From: a virus
Lineage: Duplodnaviria; Caudoviricetes
Length of the DNA stretch: 25,369 bases
IMG/VR virus record: IMGVR_UViG_3300025614_000016
Span: 1-25,369 of that record
Reading direction: 5' to 3' (one strand)
Of this stretch, positions 8,177 to 16,785 are shown piece after piece. How positions within the stretch are numbered: position 1 is the stretch's first letter; every line of letters begins with the position of its first letter. A program made the translations under genes and the position numbers. The notes beneath the pieces are model-generated. The model did no database searches and had not been told where the DNA came from. It was given only the letters and a program-made list of their open reading frames with translations.

Positions 8177-10405
8177 ATGTTTAACCAAAAAGATTTACTT
8201 GCTAAATTACTTGCTACGGAAGATGTTACCGTTATGCATGCTAATGCCAAGACTGCGTCGTTTGACGTGAAAAATCGTGTCCTGACTTTACCAGTCTGGA
8301 ACGATATGACCAATGAAACTTATGACCACTTGACTGGTCACGAGGTTGGTCATGCCCTTTACACCCCATTTGAGGGTTGGGAAAAAGAACTAAAGAAAAA
8401 AGATATGGGTCCAGGTTTCAAATCGTTCTTGAACGTTGTTGAAGATGCTCGTATTGAAAAACTAATTCAAAGACGTTATCCTGGACTGAGACGTTCATTT
8501 GTTATGTCTTATAAGAAAATGATTGCTGACGGTTTCTTCGGTGGTGACATTGATAAAATTAATACTTATCCGATAATTGACCGTATCAATACTTTCTTTA
8601 AAGCAGGTCCTACTGCTGGTGTTCTTATTGAAACTGATGAGCAAGTTTGGGTTGATGAGATTGAAAAACTTGAAACTTGGGATGAGGTTGTTGATGTTGC
8701 TACTCGTCTTTATGAATATGCTAAACTGAAAAAAGAAGAGGAAAATGAACTTGCCCAAGAAATGGAGCATGAGTTTGGTGATGAAGATGAAGATGGTGAA
8801 TTTGGTGATGAAGATGAAGATGGTGAATTTGATAATGATGAATTTGGTGACGAAAGTATTGACGGTGAGTCTGAATCGATTGAAGGTTTAGAGTCTGACC
8901 AAACTTCTGATGATGAAACTGATGACGAAGATGCTACTGGTGAGAGTAATATTAAAGGTGCTGGCGATGATGACGTTAAATCTAAAACTGATGAAGCATT
9001 AAGTCAAAATATTAATGCCAACTATAACAACGACTCTGGAATTGAAGTTAAAAATATTATGCTGAATACTGCTGATGTTTCTCCACTGATTGTTGATTAC
9101 AAAACTATTATTTCTGATTTTGAAGAATTTGATATAAAACGTAAAGCAATCGGTGAGTCTATCGATTATATGGGCAATTCTTTATTGCTTGGTAAACGTG
9201 GTGAGAAATTGTTTACTAAGTTTATGGCAAACAATAAGAAATCAATTGCTTATCTTGTGAAAGAATTTGAGATGAAGAAGTCAGCTAAGGAATATGTCCG
9301 TGCTACTACTGCTAAGACTGGTGTTATTGACCCAGTTAAAATGAACTCTTACTTATATAATGACGATATCTTTAAGAAAGTTACTACCATCCCTGAAGGA
9401 AAATCTCACGGAATGATTATGTATCTTGACTGGTCAGGTTCTATGCATTATGATATGAAAGCAACTATGGACCAACTTTTAAACTTGGTGAACTTCTCGC
9501 GAATTGTGAACATCCCTTTCTGTGTGTATGCCTTCACTACTGGTTATCAATTAGAGGGTTCAACTGAGAAACTTAAAGGCAATAACCTATTTTATGATGA
9601 AGTTAATGCTGATACTGTTTACTATGAGGATAAATTTAGATATCTTGAGTTGTTTAACAGTAAAATGAATAAAAAGGATTTTATTCAAATGCAAAAATAT
9701 ATGCTTGCGTTTGGTTCAGATCCTAGAACTATGCCATATCAATATCAGTTACACGGAACTCCTCTTGATGTTTCTCTTATGGGTGCGTCTAGTTTACACG
9801 GAATGTTTTTGAAGCAACACCGTGTTGATATTGTGAATACAATTGTCTTGACTGATGGTGATAGTCATAATGCCCCTGTTAAAACCGTAGAAACAAGCAC
9901 CGATTATGATGGTGAGGTGAGAACTTTCGAAAGGTCTAGTGGTTTGAATGATTTATTCGGGTGGAGGTTTAAGGGGCAAGTTAATGTGATTGACCCTGTG
10001 ACTAAGAAAAGATATCCTCTTACTATGGAAACAAATCGTATTGAAGTTACTGATATGTTCTTGAAGATCTATCGTGAGAGAACTGGTTCTACTACTATTG
10101 GTTTCCGTATCTTACCTACCCAAATCAATAGAATTCGTAGAGAGTTGGTTTATTTACCATATGATACTGACTATTCTGAGTTGTCAAAAGCAATGAGAAA
10201 CGATAAGTATTGTGTAATTCCTTCAAATGGTTATGACAAGTATTTTGGAATTGGTGGTGGTAATGATCTGAAGACTGCGAATGGTGCATTTGAGGTTTCT
10301 GATGACGCAACTACTGCTCAGTTGAGAAATGCCTTTAAGAAGGCAAGTAAAAATAAAGTGAACTCTCGTGCGTTGTTGAATGAGTTTATACGTGAGGTTG
10401 CCTAA
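8177..10405 (+). CDS. CobT-like protein: N-terminal HExxH peptidase-like domain, acidic linker and vWA domain
   Basis: GHEVGH, NVVEDARIE, MIDAS motif DWSGS, GTPL and LTDGD; adjacent to a CobS/MoxR AAA+ gene. Confidence 0.85.
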   Translation: MFNQKDLLAKLLATEDVTVMHANAKTASFDVKNRVLTLPVWNDMTNETYDHLTGHEVGHALYTPFEGWEKELKKKDMGPGFKSFLNVVEDARIEKLIQRRYPGLRRSFVMSYKKMIADGFFGGDIDKINTYPIIDRINTFFKAGPTAGVLIETDEQVWVDEIEKLETWDEVVDVATRLYEYAKLKKEEENELAQEMEHEFGDEDEDGEFGDEDEDGEFDNDEFGDESIDGESESIEGLESDQTSDDETDDEDATGESNIKGAGDDDVKSKTDEALSQNINANYNNDSGIEVKNIMLNTADVSPLIVDYKTIISDFEEFDIKRKAIGESIDYMGNSLLLGKRGEKLFTKFMANNKKSIAYLVKEFEMKKSAKEYVRATTAKTGVIDPVKMNSYLYNDDIFKKVTTIPEGKSHGMIMYLDWSGSMHYDMKATMDQLLNLVNFSRIVNIPFCVYAFTTGYQLEGSTEKLKGNNLFYDEVNADTVYYEDKFRYLELFNSKMNKKDFIQMQKYMLAFGSDPRTMPYQYQLHGTPLDVSLMGASSLHGMFLKQHRVDIVNTIVLTDGDSHNAPVKTVETSTDYDGEVRTFERSSGLNDLFGWRFKGQVNVIDPVTKKRYPLTMETNRIEVTDMFLKIYRERTGSTTIGFRILPTQINRIRRELVYLPYDTDYSELSKAMRNDKYCVIPSNGYDKYFGIGGGNDLKTANGAFEVSDDATTAQLRNAFKKASKNKVNSRALLNEFIREVA
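8774..8827 (+). repeat. Perfect 27-bp tandem duplication (FGDEDEDGE x2) in the acidic linker
   Basis: TTTGGTGATGAAGATGAAGATGGTGAA at 8774-8800 and 8801-8827. Confidence 0.9.
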
Positions 10406-10424
10406 TACCCTTAAAATAAAGGTG

Positions 10425-10462
10425 GTTATTCTTTCACCTTTCTGTCGCAATTAGGGTATAAT
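10425..10462 (+). promoter_or_regulatory. Promoter with GTTATTCTTTCACCT-N17-TATAAT
   Basis: Matches 7819-7856. Confidence 0.68.
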
Positions 10463-10509
10463 AGGTATTGTAGGTTGAGTTAATATGTTAAATAAAAGGA
10501 GTATATATT

Positions 10510-11667
10510 ATGAATAAAATTGAAATGCAAAATAAATTGGCGAAAGTCGTATTCGAGAAATTCGGTTCGACTATGACCAATACTGAAATAACAGAAACTG
10601 CTGAGGAAATGGGTATGCCTTTCCCGCACTTTCTGTTGAAAACTGAATTACGTGTTGGTCGTGGCCAATACCGTTCACCTCTTGCTGAGAGAGTTGTTAC
10701 TAAACAACCTGATACGGTTGCTGCGATGACGGTAAATGTAAGTGACTTTAATGTAGAGAGTGACTCGTTTGCGGAAAACCTTGTTCCTGAGAAGGATCCA
10801 TTGTTTGTTCCGTTCGGTAACTTTGCTACTGTTAAGAAAGTTTTACAGAGCAAAATGTTCTACCCAATCTTTGTTACTGGTATGTCTGGTAATGGTAAGA
10901 CGTTCGGTATTGAACAAGCGTGTGCCCAAACTGGTCGGGAAGTTATCCGTGTGAACTTTACGGTTGAAACTGATGAAGATGACTTGATTGGTGGTTTCCG
11001 TTTAGTGAACGGTGAAACTAAGTTCTTTAAAGGTCCAGTGATTAAAGCAATGGAAATGGGTGCGGTATTGTTACTTGACGAAATTGACCTTGGTAATCCT
11101 TCTAAGATTATGGCTCTTCAGTCAATTCTTGAGGGTGGTGGTTACTTCATTAAGAAGACTGGCGAGTATGTGACTCCGGCAAAAGGTTTTACTGCTATCG
11201 CAACTGCTAATACTAAAGGTAAAGGTTCTGATGATGGTCGTTTTATTGGTACTAACATTCTGAATGAAGCATTCCTTGAACGTTTCCCAGTTACGGTTGA
11301 GCAGGAATATCCTTCTCCAGCAATTGAGAAGAAAATCCTGGGTCGTGTGTTTGACTCGTTAGATATTAAAGACTCTGACTTTGTTGAGAAACTTGTAGAC
11401 TGGGCTGATATTATCCGTAAGACTTTTTATGACGGTGGTGTTGACGAAATTATTTCTACTCGTCGTCTGGTTCACGTTGCTAAAGCGTTCTCTATCTTCG
11501 GTGATAGAATGAAAGCAATTAACCTATGTATTAACCGTTTTGATGAGGATACTAAGTTGTCGTTTGCTGACTTATATACTAAGGTTGATGCTGGTGTTGA
11601 GCAGTATGATGATGCTGCTGGTGCGACTAAGGTTGAAGATGAGGATGTTATTGATAACCCTTTCTAG
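10510..11667 (+). CDS. cobS: CobS/MoxR-like AAA+ ATPase
   Basis: Walker A GMSGNGKT, Walker B LLLDEID, TANTKG, NEAFLERF and ISTRRL. Confidence 0.9.
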   Translation: MNKIEMQNKLAKVVFEKFGSTMTNTEITETAEEMGMPFPHFLLKTELRVGRGQYRSPLAERVVTKQPDTVAAMTVNVSDFNVESDSFAENLVPEKDPLFVPFGNFATVKKVLQSKMFYPIFVTGMSGNGKTFGIEQACAQTGREVIRVNFTVETDEDDLIGGFRLVNGETKFFKGPVIKAMEMGAVLLLDEIDLGNPSKIMALQSILEGGGYFIKKTGEYVTPAKGFTAIATANTKGKGSDDGRFIGTNILNEAFLERFPVTVEQEYPSPAIEKKILGRVFDSLDIKDSDFVEKLVDWADIIRKTFYDGGVDEIISTRRLVHVAKAFSIFGDRMKAINLCINRFDEDTKLSFADLYTKVDAGVEQYDDAAGATKVEDEDVIDNPF

Positions 11668-11691
11668 AGTCTAACTAATAAAAATAAAATT

Positions 11692-11719
11692 GGCAGGAAC
11701 TTTACTTCCTGCCTTTTTT
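11692..11719 (+). terminator. Intrinsic terminator overlapping the next promoter
   Basis: GGCAGGAA-CTTTAC-TTCCTGCC-TTTTTT. Confidence 0.88.
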
Positions 11720-11729
11720 ATAGTATAAT
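11701..11729 (+). promoter_or_regulatory. TTTACT-N17-TATAAT promoter
   Basis: TTTACT 11701-11706 and TATAAT 11724-11729. Confidence 0.78.
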
Positions 11730-11759
11730 ATAATATGAGAATTAACCTTTTGGAGAAAA

Positions 11760-12623
11760 ATGGAATTAGAGATAGAACTGAGTGAATTAAAAAAACGTAA
11801 GATATTTGTCGCAACCCCTATGTATGGTGGAGTTTGTCACGGAATGTATTGTAAATCAACTGCCGACCTTGCTAAACTTGGTCAAGCATATGATGTCGAT
11901 ATCAAGTTTTTCTACCTATTCAACGAGTCATTAATCACTCGTGCTAGAAACTATTGTGTTGATGAGTTTATGCGTGGTGATTATACTCACCTGATGTTCA
12001 TTGACTCAGACATTGGTTTTGACCCGAATGATGTATTATCCCTTGCTGCGATGATGGATCCGGATGAGAAAGATCCTAAGAAACGTAAAGAGATTATGTG
12101 TGGTCCATATCCTAAGAAAACTATTGCTTGGGAAAAGATTAAGTTGGCAGTCGATAAAGGTTTTGCTGATGATAATCCAGGAGACTTAGAAAACTTTGTT
12201 GGTGATTATGTATTCAACCCAGCAGGTGGTCAATCTGAAATCCGTTTAGACAAACCAGTATCGGTTCTTGAAGGTGGTACAGGTTTTATGATGATCCAAC
12301 GTAGTGCCTTTGAGAAGTTTGGTGAAGCATATCCTGACTTCTCATACATCCCAGACCACGTAAGAACTAAACACTTTGATGGTAGTCGTGAGATCCATAT
12401 GTACTTCCAGGCACTAATTGATGAGAAGTCTAAACGTTACTTGTCTGAAGACTATATGTTCTGTCAGTGGATGCGTGAGATTGGAGTTGACACATACTTA
12501 GCACCTTGGATGAAACTTCTACACACGGGTTCATATACGTTCGGTGGTTCATTAGTAGACTTGGCAGCACTAGGTGCATCTGCTACTGCTGATGCTGACC
12601 AGATTAAGAATATGAAGAAATGA
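11760..12623 (+). CDS. GT-A fold (GT2-like) glycosyltransferase-related protein
   Basis: IFVATPMY, SLITRARN, DxD motif FIDSD, GTGFMMI and SEDY. Confidence 0.7.
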   Translation: MELEIELSELKKRKIFVATPMYGGVCHGMYCKSTADLAKLGQAYDVDIKFFYLFNESLITRARNYCVDEFMRGDYTHLMFIDSDIGFDPNDVLSLAAMMDPDEKDPKKRKEIMCGPYPKKTIAWEKIKLAVDKGFADDNPGDLENFVGDYVFNPAGGQSEIRLDKPVSVLEGGTGFMMIQRSAFEKFGEAYPDFSYIPDHVRTKHFDGSREIHMYFQALIDEKSKRYLSEDYMFCQWMREIGVDTYLAPWMKLLHTGSYTFGGSLVDLAALGASATADADQIKNMKK

Positions 12624-12922
12624 GTAAGTTTAAGTACAGCGAGGATAAGATCCTAAAAGAAATGTACGAATATATTAATGCTACTTATGGCGAGCATTAC
12701 TCTATGAATAATATTCAGTCTACTGAATTTATAATGGATGCTGGTCATGGGATAGGATTTACTGTTGGGAATATTATTAAGTATGCCCAACGATATGGAA
12801 AGAAAGGAACACCTGAAGACCATAGAAAGGATTTGATTAAGGTAATCCACTATGCTATTATGGCGTTACACGTACACGATATAAAATTTAATAATGATAA
12901 GGAAATAGATAATGAAGATTAG
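12620..12922 (+). CDS. DUF3310-like protein (T7 gp1.7-related putative nucleotide kinase)
   Basis: HY...GFTVGNIIKYAQRYGKK...DLIKVIHY pattern. Confidence 0.65.
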   Translation: MSKFKYSEDKILKEMYEYINATYGEHYSMNNIQSTEFIMDAGHGIGFTVGNIIKYAQRYGKKGTPEDHRKDLIKVIHYAIMALHVHDIKFNNDKEIDNED

Positions 12923-13571
12923 TAATCAAACAATGGAAATTTTAAAGAATTTCGCAACAGTAAACCCATCAATCGCTTTCAAAGCAGGCAATAAAATTAG
13001 AACAGTATCTGAGCAGAAGAATATTCTTGCTGAAGCAACTGTTGTTGAGGATTTCCCTAAAGACTTTGCTATCTATGAGTTGAATCAATTCTTAGGTCTA
13101 GTAAGTTTATTTGAGAATGGTGATATGGATTTCGGTGACAAGAGTGTGACATTAACCGAAGGCAGTACTAAATCTCGATACACCTATACTGACTCAAGTA
13201 TGGTGACAACTCCACCTGAAAAGAATATCGATTTGCCATCTGAAGAAGTTTCATTCAGTATGAGTAAGGATGTATTTGCTCGTGTTCAAAATGCAGCAAA
13301 TCAATTACAACTTCCAGAGATCGTTGTTCGTGGTGATGGTGAGACAGTTAAGTTGGTAGCAACTGATGTTAAGAACCCAACGTCTAATGAATTTGCTGTG
13401 AACGTAGGTGAAGATACTCATACATTTAACTTTGTATTCAAGACTGAGAACTTCAAAATGATTGCTGGCGATTATACCGTCACTATTTCGGCGAAGGGAA
13501 TTTCGCATTTCAAAGGTGATGTAGCACAATATTGGATTGCTACTGAAGCAGGTTCTAAGTACACAGCATAA
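12912..13571 (+). CDS. gp45: Sliding clamp gp45
   Basis: MKISNQTMEILKNFATVNPSI, FAIYELNQFL and YWIATE; synteny. Confidence 0.95.
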   Translation: MKISNQTMEILKNFATVNPSIAFKAGNKIRTVSEQKNILAEATVVEDFPKDFAIYELNQFLGLVSLFENGDMDFGDKSVTLTEGSTKSRYTYTDSSMVTTPPEKNIDLPSEEVSFSMSKDVFARVQNAANQLQLPEIVVRGDGETVKLVATDVKNPTSNEFAVNVGEDTHTFNFVFKTENFKMIAGDYTVTISAKGISHFKGDVAQYWIATEAGSKYTA

Positions 13572-13581
13572 GGGGAATAAT

Positions 13582-13827
13582 ATGACATTGAATGAACAAG
13601 ATAAGAAAGATATTTTACACGTAATCAAAGATTGCTCTGACTCACTAACTCGTATGGAGGGTGAACGTGAATTTATTAAGGAAGCAATCATTGGTTTGAA
13701 TGATAAGCATGGACTTGACAAAGCACATCTCCGTAAGGTTGTGAACATTTACTATAAGCAAAACCTAGCAGAAGTCCAAGCACAAAACACCGAAGTTGAA
13801 GATCTATATGAATCCTTAACTGGATAA
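13582..13827 (+). CDS. dsbA: DsbA-like dsDNA-binding protein
   Basis: IKDCSDSLTRM...LRKVVNIYYKQN...EVEDLYE resembles T4 DsbA. Start placed at ATG 13582 after AAGGGG. Confidence 0.7.
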   Translation: MTLNEQDKKDILHVIKDCSDSLTRMEGEREFIKEAIIGLNDKHGLDKAHLRKVVNIYYKQNLAEVQAQNTEVEDLYESLTG

Positions 13828-13830
13828 TAT

Positions 13831-13905
13831 GTTCGGTTCGTCTATCGGTTAGGACTCTAGGTTTTCATCCTAGTAAGAGGGGTTCGATTCCCCTACCGAA
13901 TACCA
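13831..13905 (+). tRNA. tRNA-Glu (TTC) with encoded CCA
   Basis: Acceptor stem GTTCGGT/ACCGAAT, anticodon arm CTAGG-TTTTCAT-CCTAG, T arm AGGGG-TTCGATT-CCCCT, ACCA end. Confidence 0.95.
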
Positions 13906-13918
13906 AATTTGATAGAAC

Positions 13919-13947
13919 TTTACTTTTATGTGAATGTAGGGTATAAT
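13919..13947 (+). promoter_or_regulatory. TTTACT-N17-TATAAT promoter
   Basis: Motif and spacing; upstream of gp44. Confidence 0.8.
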
Positions 13948-13971
13948 ATAAGTATATGATGGAGAATGTGA

Positions 13972-14913
13972 ATGGAAGACTTTTTATGGGTTGAAAAATA
14001 CCGCCCAAAGACGGTTGCTGATACCGTATTACCAGCAGATCTAAAAGCAACGTTTCAACAGTTCGTTGACAATAAAAATGTACCAAACCTATTATTGACT
14101 GGATCGGCAGGTGTCGGCAAGACAACTATCGCAAAGGCAATGCTTGAAGAGATTGGTTCTGACTATATTGTTATCAACGGTTCTGATGAAGGCAGACTAA
14201 TTGACACACTGAGAACTAAGATTAAAAACTTTGCTTCAAGTATGTCATTAGCAGGTGGACGTAAGTATGTCATCCTAGATGAAGCAGACTACCTTAATGC
14301 TGAGACAGTACAACCTGCTCTTAGAAACTTTATGGAGGAATACTCATCTAATTGTGGATTCATCCTAACGTGTAACTTCGTTAATAAGATTATCGCACCT
14401 CTACACTCACGTTGTTCTGTGGTTGAGTTTAAGATTGGTAATAAAGATAAACCTAAAATGGCAAGTGAATTCTTCCATCGTGTTTGTATGATTCTTGACT
14501 TTGAGAACATTGAGTATGAGGAAAAGGTTATTGCTGAGATTATCACTAAGCACTTCCCTGACAACAGACGTGTACTAAACGAACTACAACGTTACAGTGC
14601 TACTGGCAAGATTGATGCGGGGATCTTAGTCAATACTTCAGATGCTAACTTCAAGACGTTAATGGATGCCTTGAAGAATAAGGAATTCTCAACTGCTCGT
14701 AAATGGGTGGGTCAAAATATTGATGGGGATATCGCACCGTTCTTCCGTAAGTTATATGATACGATGTATGAGCATGCTGAACCTGCTAGCATTCCTCAAA
14801 TCGTAGTAACGTTAGCAGACTATCAACATAAAAGTGCATTTGCTGCCGACCAAGAAATAAATACTATGGCATTATTGACTGAAATTATGGTGGACACGGA
14901 TTGGAAGAAATGA
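13972..14913 (+). CDS. gp44: Clamp loader large subunit gp44
   Basis: LWVEKYRP, GSAGVGKTT, ILDEAD and LHSRC. Confidence 0.97.
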   Translation: MEDFLWVEKYRPKTVADTVLPADLKATFQQFVDNKNVPNLLLTGSAGVGKTTIAKAMLEEIGSDYIVINGSDEGRLIDTLRTKIKNFASSMSLAGGRKYVILDEADYLNAETVQPALRNFMEEYSSNCGFILTCNFVNKIIAPLHSRCSVVEFKIGNKDKPKMASEFFHRVCMILDFENIEYEEKVIAEIITKHFPDNRRVLNELQRYSATGKIDAGILVNTSDANFKTLMDALKNKEFSTARKWVGQNIDGDIAPFFRKLYDTMYEHAEPASIPQIVVTLADYQHKSAFAADQEINTMALLTEIMVDTDWKK

Positions 14914-15500
14914 AATGTGTAATATACGATTATGAAACTTTAAGCCAAAACGCATTCAATGGTGTTGTATTATCTGTTGCTGGAATTGCATATGATGAAG
15001 ATCGTTTCTTAACCAACCCATACACCTACGAAGAACTACTCGATAGTTGTGAGTATGTTAAGTTTGATGTTAAAGACCAAGTTAAGTATGGTCGTAAGGT
15101 TGAGAAAGGTTCATTAGATTGGTGGAAGTCGCAGTCTAAAGATGCTCAAAAGCAATTGATGCCATCTGATAATGATGTGTCAATCTCAGAATTACTTCTG
15201 TTCCTAGAAAGACTAAACATAGCAACTGCTAAAAAGGTATTCACACGAGGTAACTCATTCGATCCAGTATTCACACGATCTATATGTGATAGTCTAGGAA
15301 TAGCAGATCCGACTCCATGGTGGGTCATCAGGGACGTACGATCTTATATAGACGGTTTCACTTATGGAACGGACATTAACCACGACTTCATTCCAAAAGA
15401 CTTAGTTGATAAGTTTGTTCAACACGATCCAGAACACGATGTAGCAATGGATGTGATGAGAATGCAATTCTTAATCAGGACAATATATGGCAAAGACTAA
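14910..15500 (+). CDS. dexA: DexA-like DEDDh 3'-5' exonuclease
   Basis: DYETL, WWKSQ, RGNSFD, RDVRS and HDPEHD. ATGA overlap with the gp44 stop. Confidence 0.8.
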   Translation: MKCVIYDYETLSQNAFNGVVLSVAGIAYDEDRFLTNPYTYEELLDSCEYVKFDVKDQVKYGRKVEKGSLDWWKSQSKDAQKQLMPSDNDVSISELLLFLERLNIATAKKVFTRGNSFDPVFTRSICDSLGIADPTPWWVIRDVRSYIDGFTYGTDINHDFIPKDLVDKFVQHDPEHDVAMDVMRMQFLIRTIYGKD

Positions 15501-15885
15501 TCCGTTTGACTTCACCAATTCAATCAACAGTTCTAAAAAGAATTTGATGAGGAAAACTGACAACGATGTGCTTGCTGAGAAATCATACAGTCCATTCCTA
15601 ACTAACCGTGCATTGTCATATCATAATGATACAGTTGCTATTGCTAATGAGATGAACACCAGACACTCACTTGATAAACGTTTACAGTATGAATTCTTAT
15701 TGAATATTGTACGTCCGAAGAAAAGATATGCTAAGTGGTCTAAGAAAGAGAAGGGTGGAGATGTTGATATTGTCAAGGAATATTTCAAGTACAATGATAT
15801 CAAAGCAAGGCAAGCATTAACAATATTGACTAAGGAACAGATTGTAGAGATTAGACAGAAGTTGGAGAAGGGTGGTAAAGGTTAA
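15487..15885 (+). CDS. gp62: Clamp loader small subunit gp62
   Basis: YSPFLTNRALS, ANEMN, LQYEFL and KKRYAKW; upstream of regA. Confidence 0.92.
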   Translation: MAKTNPFDFTNSINSSKKNLMRKTDNDVLAEKSYSPFLTNRALSYHNDTVAIANEMNTRHSLDKRLQYEFLLNIVRPKKRYAKWSKKEKGGDVDIVKEYFKYNDIKARQALTILTKEQIVEIRQKLEKGGKG

Positions 15886-15889
15886 TTAT

Positions 15890-15897
15890 TATAAATA
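15890..15897 (+). promoter_or_regulatory. T4-type late promoter TATAAATA
   Basis: Exact gp55 consensus, intergenic before regA. Confidence 0.6.
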
Positions 15898-15928
15898 TTC
15901 TAAATAATCAATTAATTATGAGATCCAA

Positions 15929-16318
15929 ATGATAGATACAATGATAGAAGTCACAATTGCGAAAGAAGATGACTTCTTAAAGATTAGAGAAACACTTACT
16001 CGCATAGGTGTGTCATCTCAAAAGAATAAAACCATATACCAATCCTGCCATATTCTACATAAGAAAGGTAAGTATTACATCACACACTTCAAAGAGTTGT
16101 TTGCCTTAGATGGCAAACCAAGCAACTTCGGTGATGAAGATAAAGGTCGTAGAAATACAATTTCCAATCTTCTAGCAGAATGGGGTTTGGTAACTCTTGT
16201 TGATAATGAGAAGAGCAAAGATCCAGTTGCTCCTCTGAGTCAAATCAAAATCCTTCCGTATAAAGAAAAACGTGAATGGAACCTAGAACCTAAATACAAT
16301 TTAGGAAAAAACTTCTAA
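15929..16318 (+). CDS. regA: Translational repressor RegA
   Basis: DDFLKIRETLTRIG, QSCHILHK and YYITHFKELFALDG. Confidence 0.97.
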   Translation: MIDTMIEVTIAKEDDFLKIRETLTRIGVSSQKNKTIYQSCHILHKKGKYYITHFKELFALDGKPSNFGDEDKGRRNTISNLLAEWGLVTLVDNEKSKDPVAPLSQIKILPYKEKREWNLEPKYNLGKNF

Positions 16319-16322
16319 AAAC

Positions 16323-16375
16323 TTTACTTTCATACCGTTTCAAGGTATAATAAAGGTAACGAACAAGTATAAATA
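16323..16375 (+). promoter_or_regulatory. Tandem TTTACT-N17-TATAAT promoter and late TATAAATA promoter
   Basis: 16323-16351 and 16368-16375. Confidence 0.72.
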
Positions 16376-16449
16376 AACTGAACATTCCTGATAAGGAAAT
16401 GTCCGTGACGACATTAAACTATTTTTTAAACAAAAAAGAGGTAAGAAAT

Positions 16450-16668
16450 ATGTTAGATAAAATTAACAGTTGGATTAAAGCAGGTACTGAAACAGGTGTA
16501 GCATTAATCGCATTCGCGATTGTATTACAGGTAATTTTTGGTGGAACTGTCCCTTTCGTAGGTGGTGATATTATTGCTACTATTACTGGTATCGTTGCAC
16601 AACTTGGTGCTCAAGGACTTGTTGGTCTTGTTGCTGCTGCAGTGCTATATAAACTTTTCAATAAGTAA
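16450..16668 (+). CDS. Small hydrophobic membrane protein (72 aa)
   Basis: SD GAGGT before ATG 16450; two Gly/Ala-rich hydrophobic segments. Confidence 0.8.
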   Translation: MLDKINSWIKAGTETGVALIAFAIVLQVIFGGTVPFVGGDIIATITGIVAQLGAQGLVGLVAAAVLYKLFNK

Positions 16669-16785
16669 AGTTATATGAAGTTTAGTAGAACTTAAAACTA
16701 CGAACCACTTTCAGTCAGCGAAGACGTCGGCGTTATAATGGGAGATAAGGATTGGCTAAAGTCGATCGAGTGTTCCCACCAAATT

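Noticed and set aside
10510-11667. Cobalamin-synthesis auxiliary gene
   Set aside because: No cobN or other cob genes in the window; the AAA+/vWA chaperone interpretation is more conservative.
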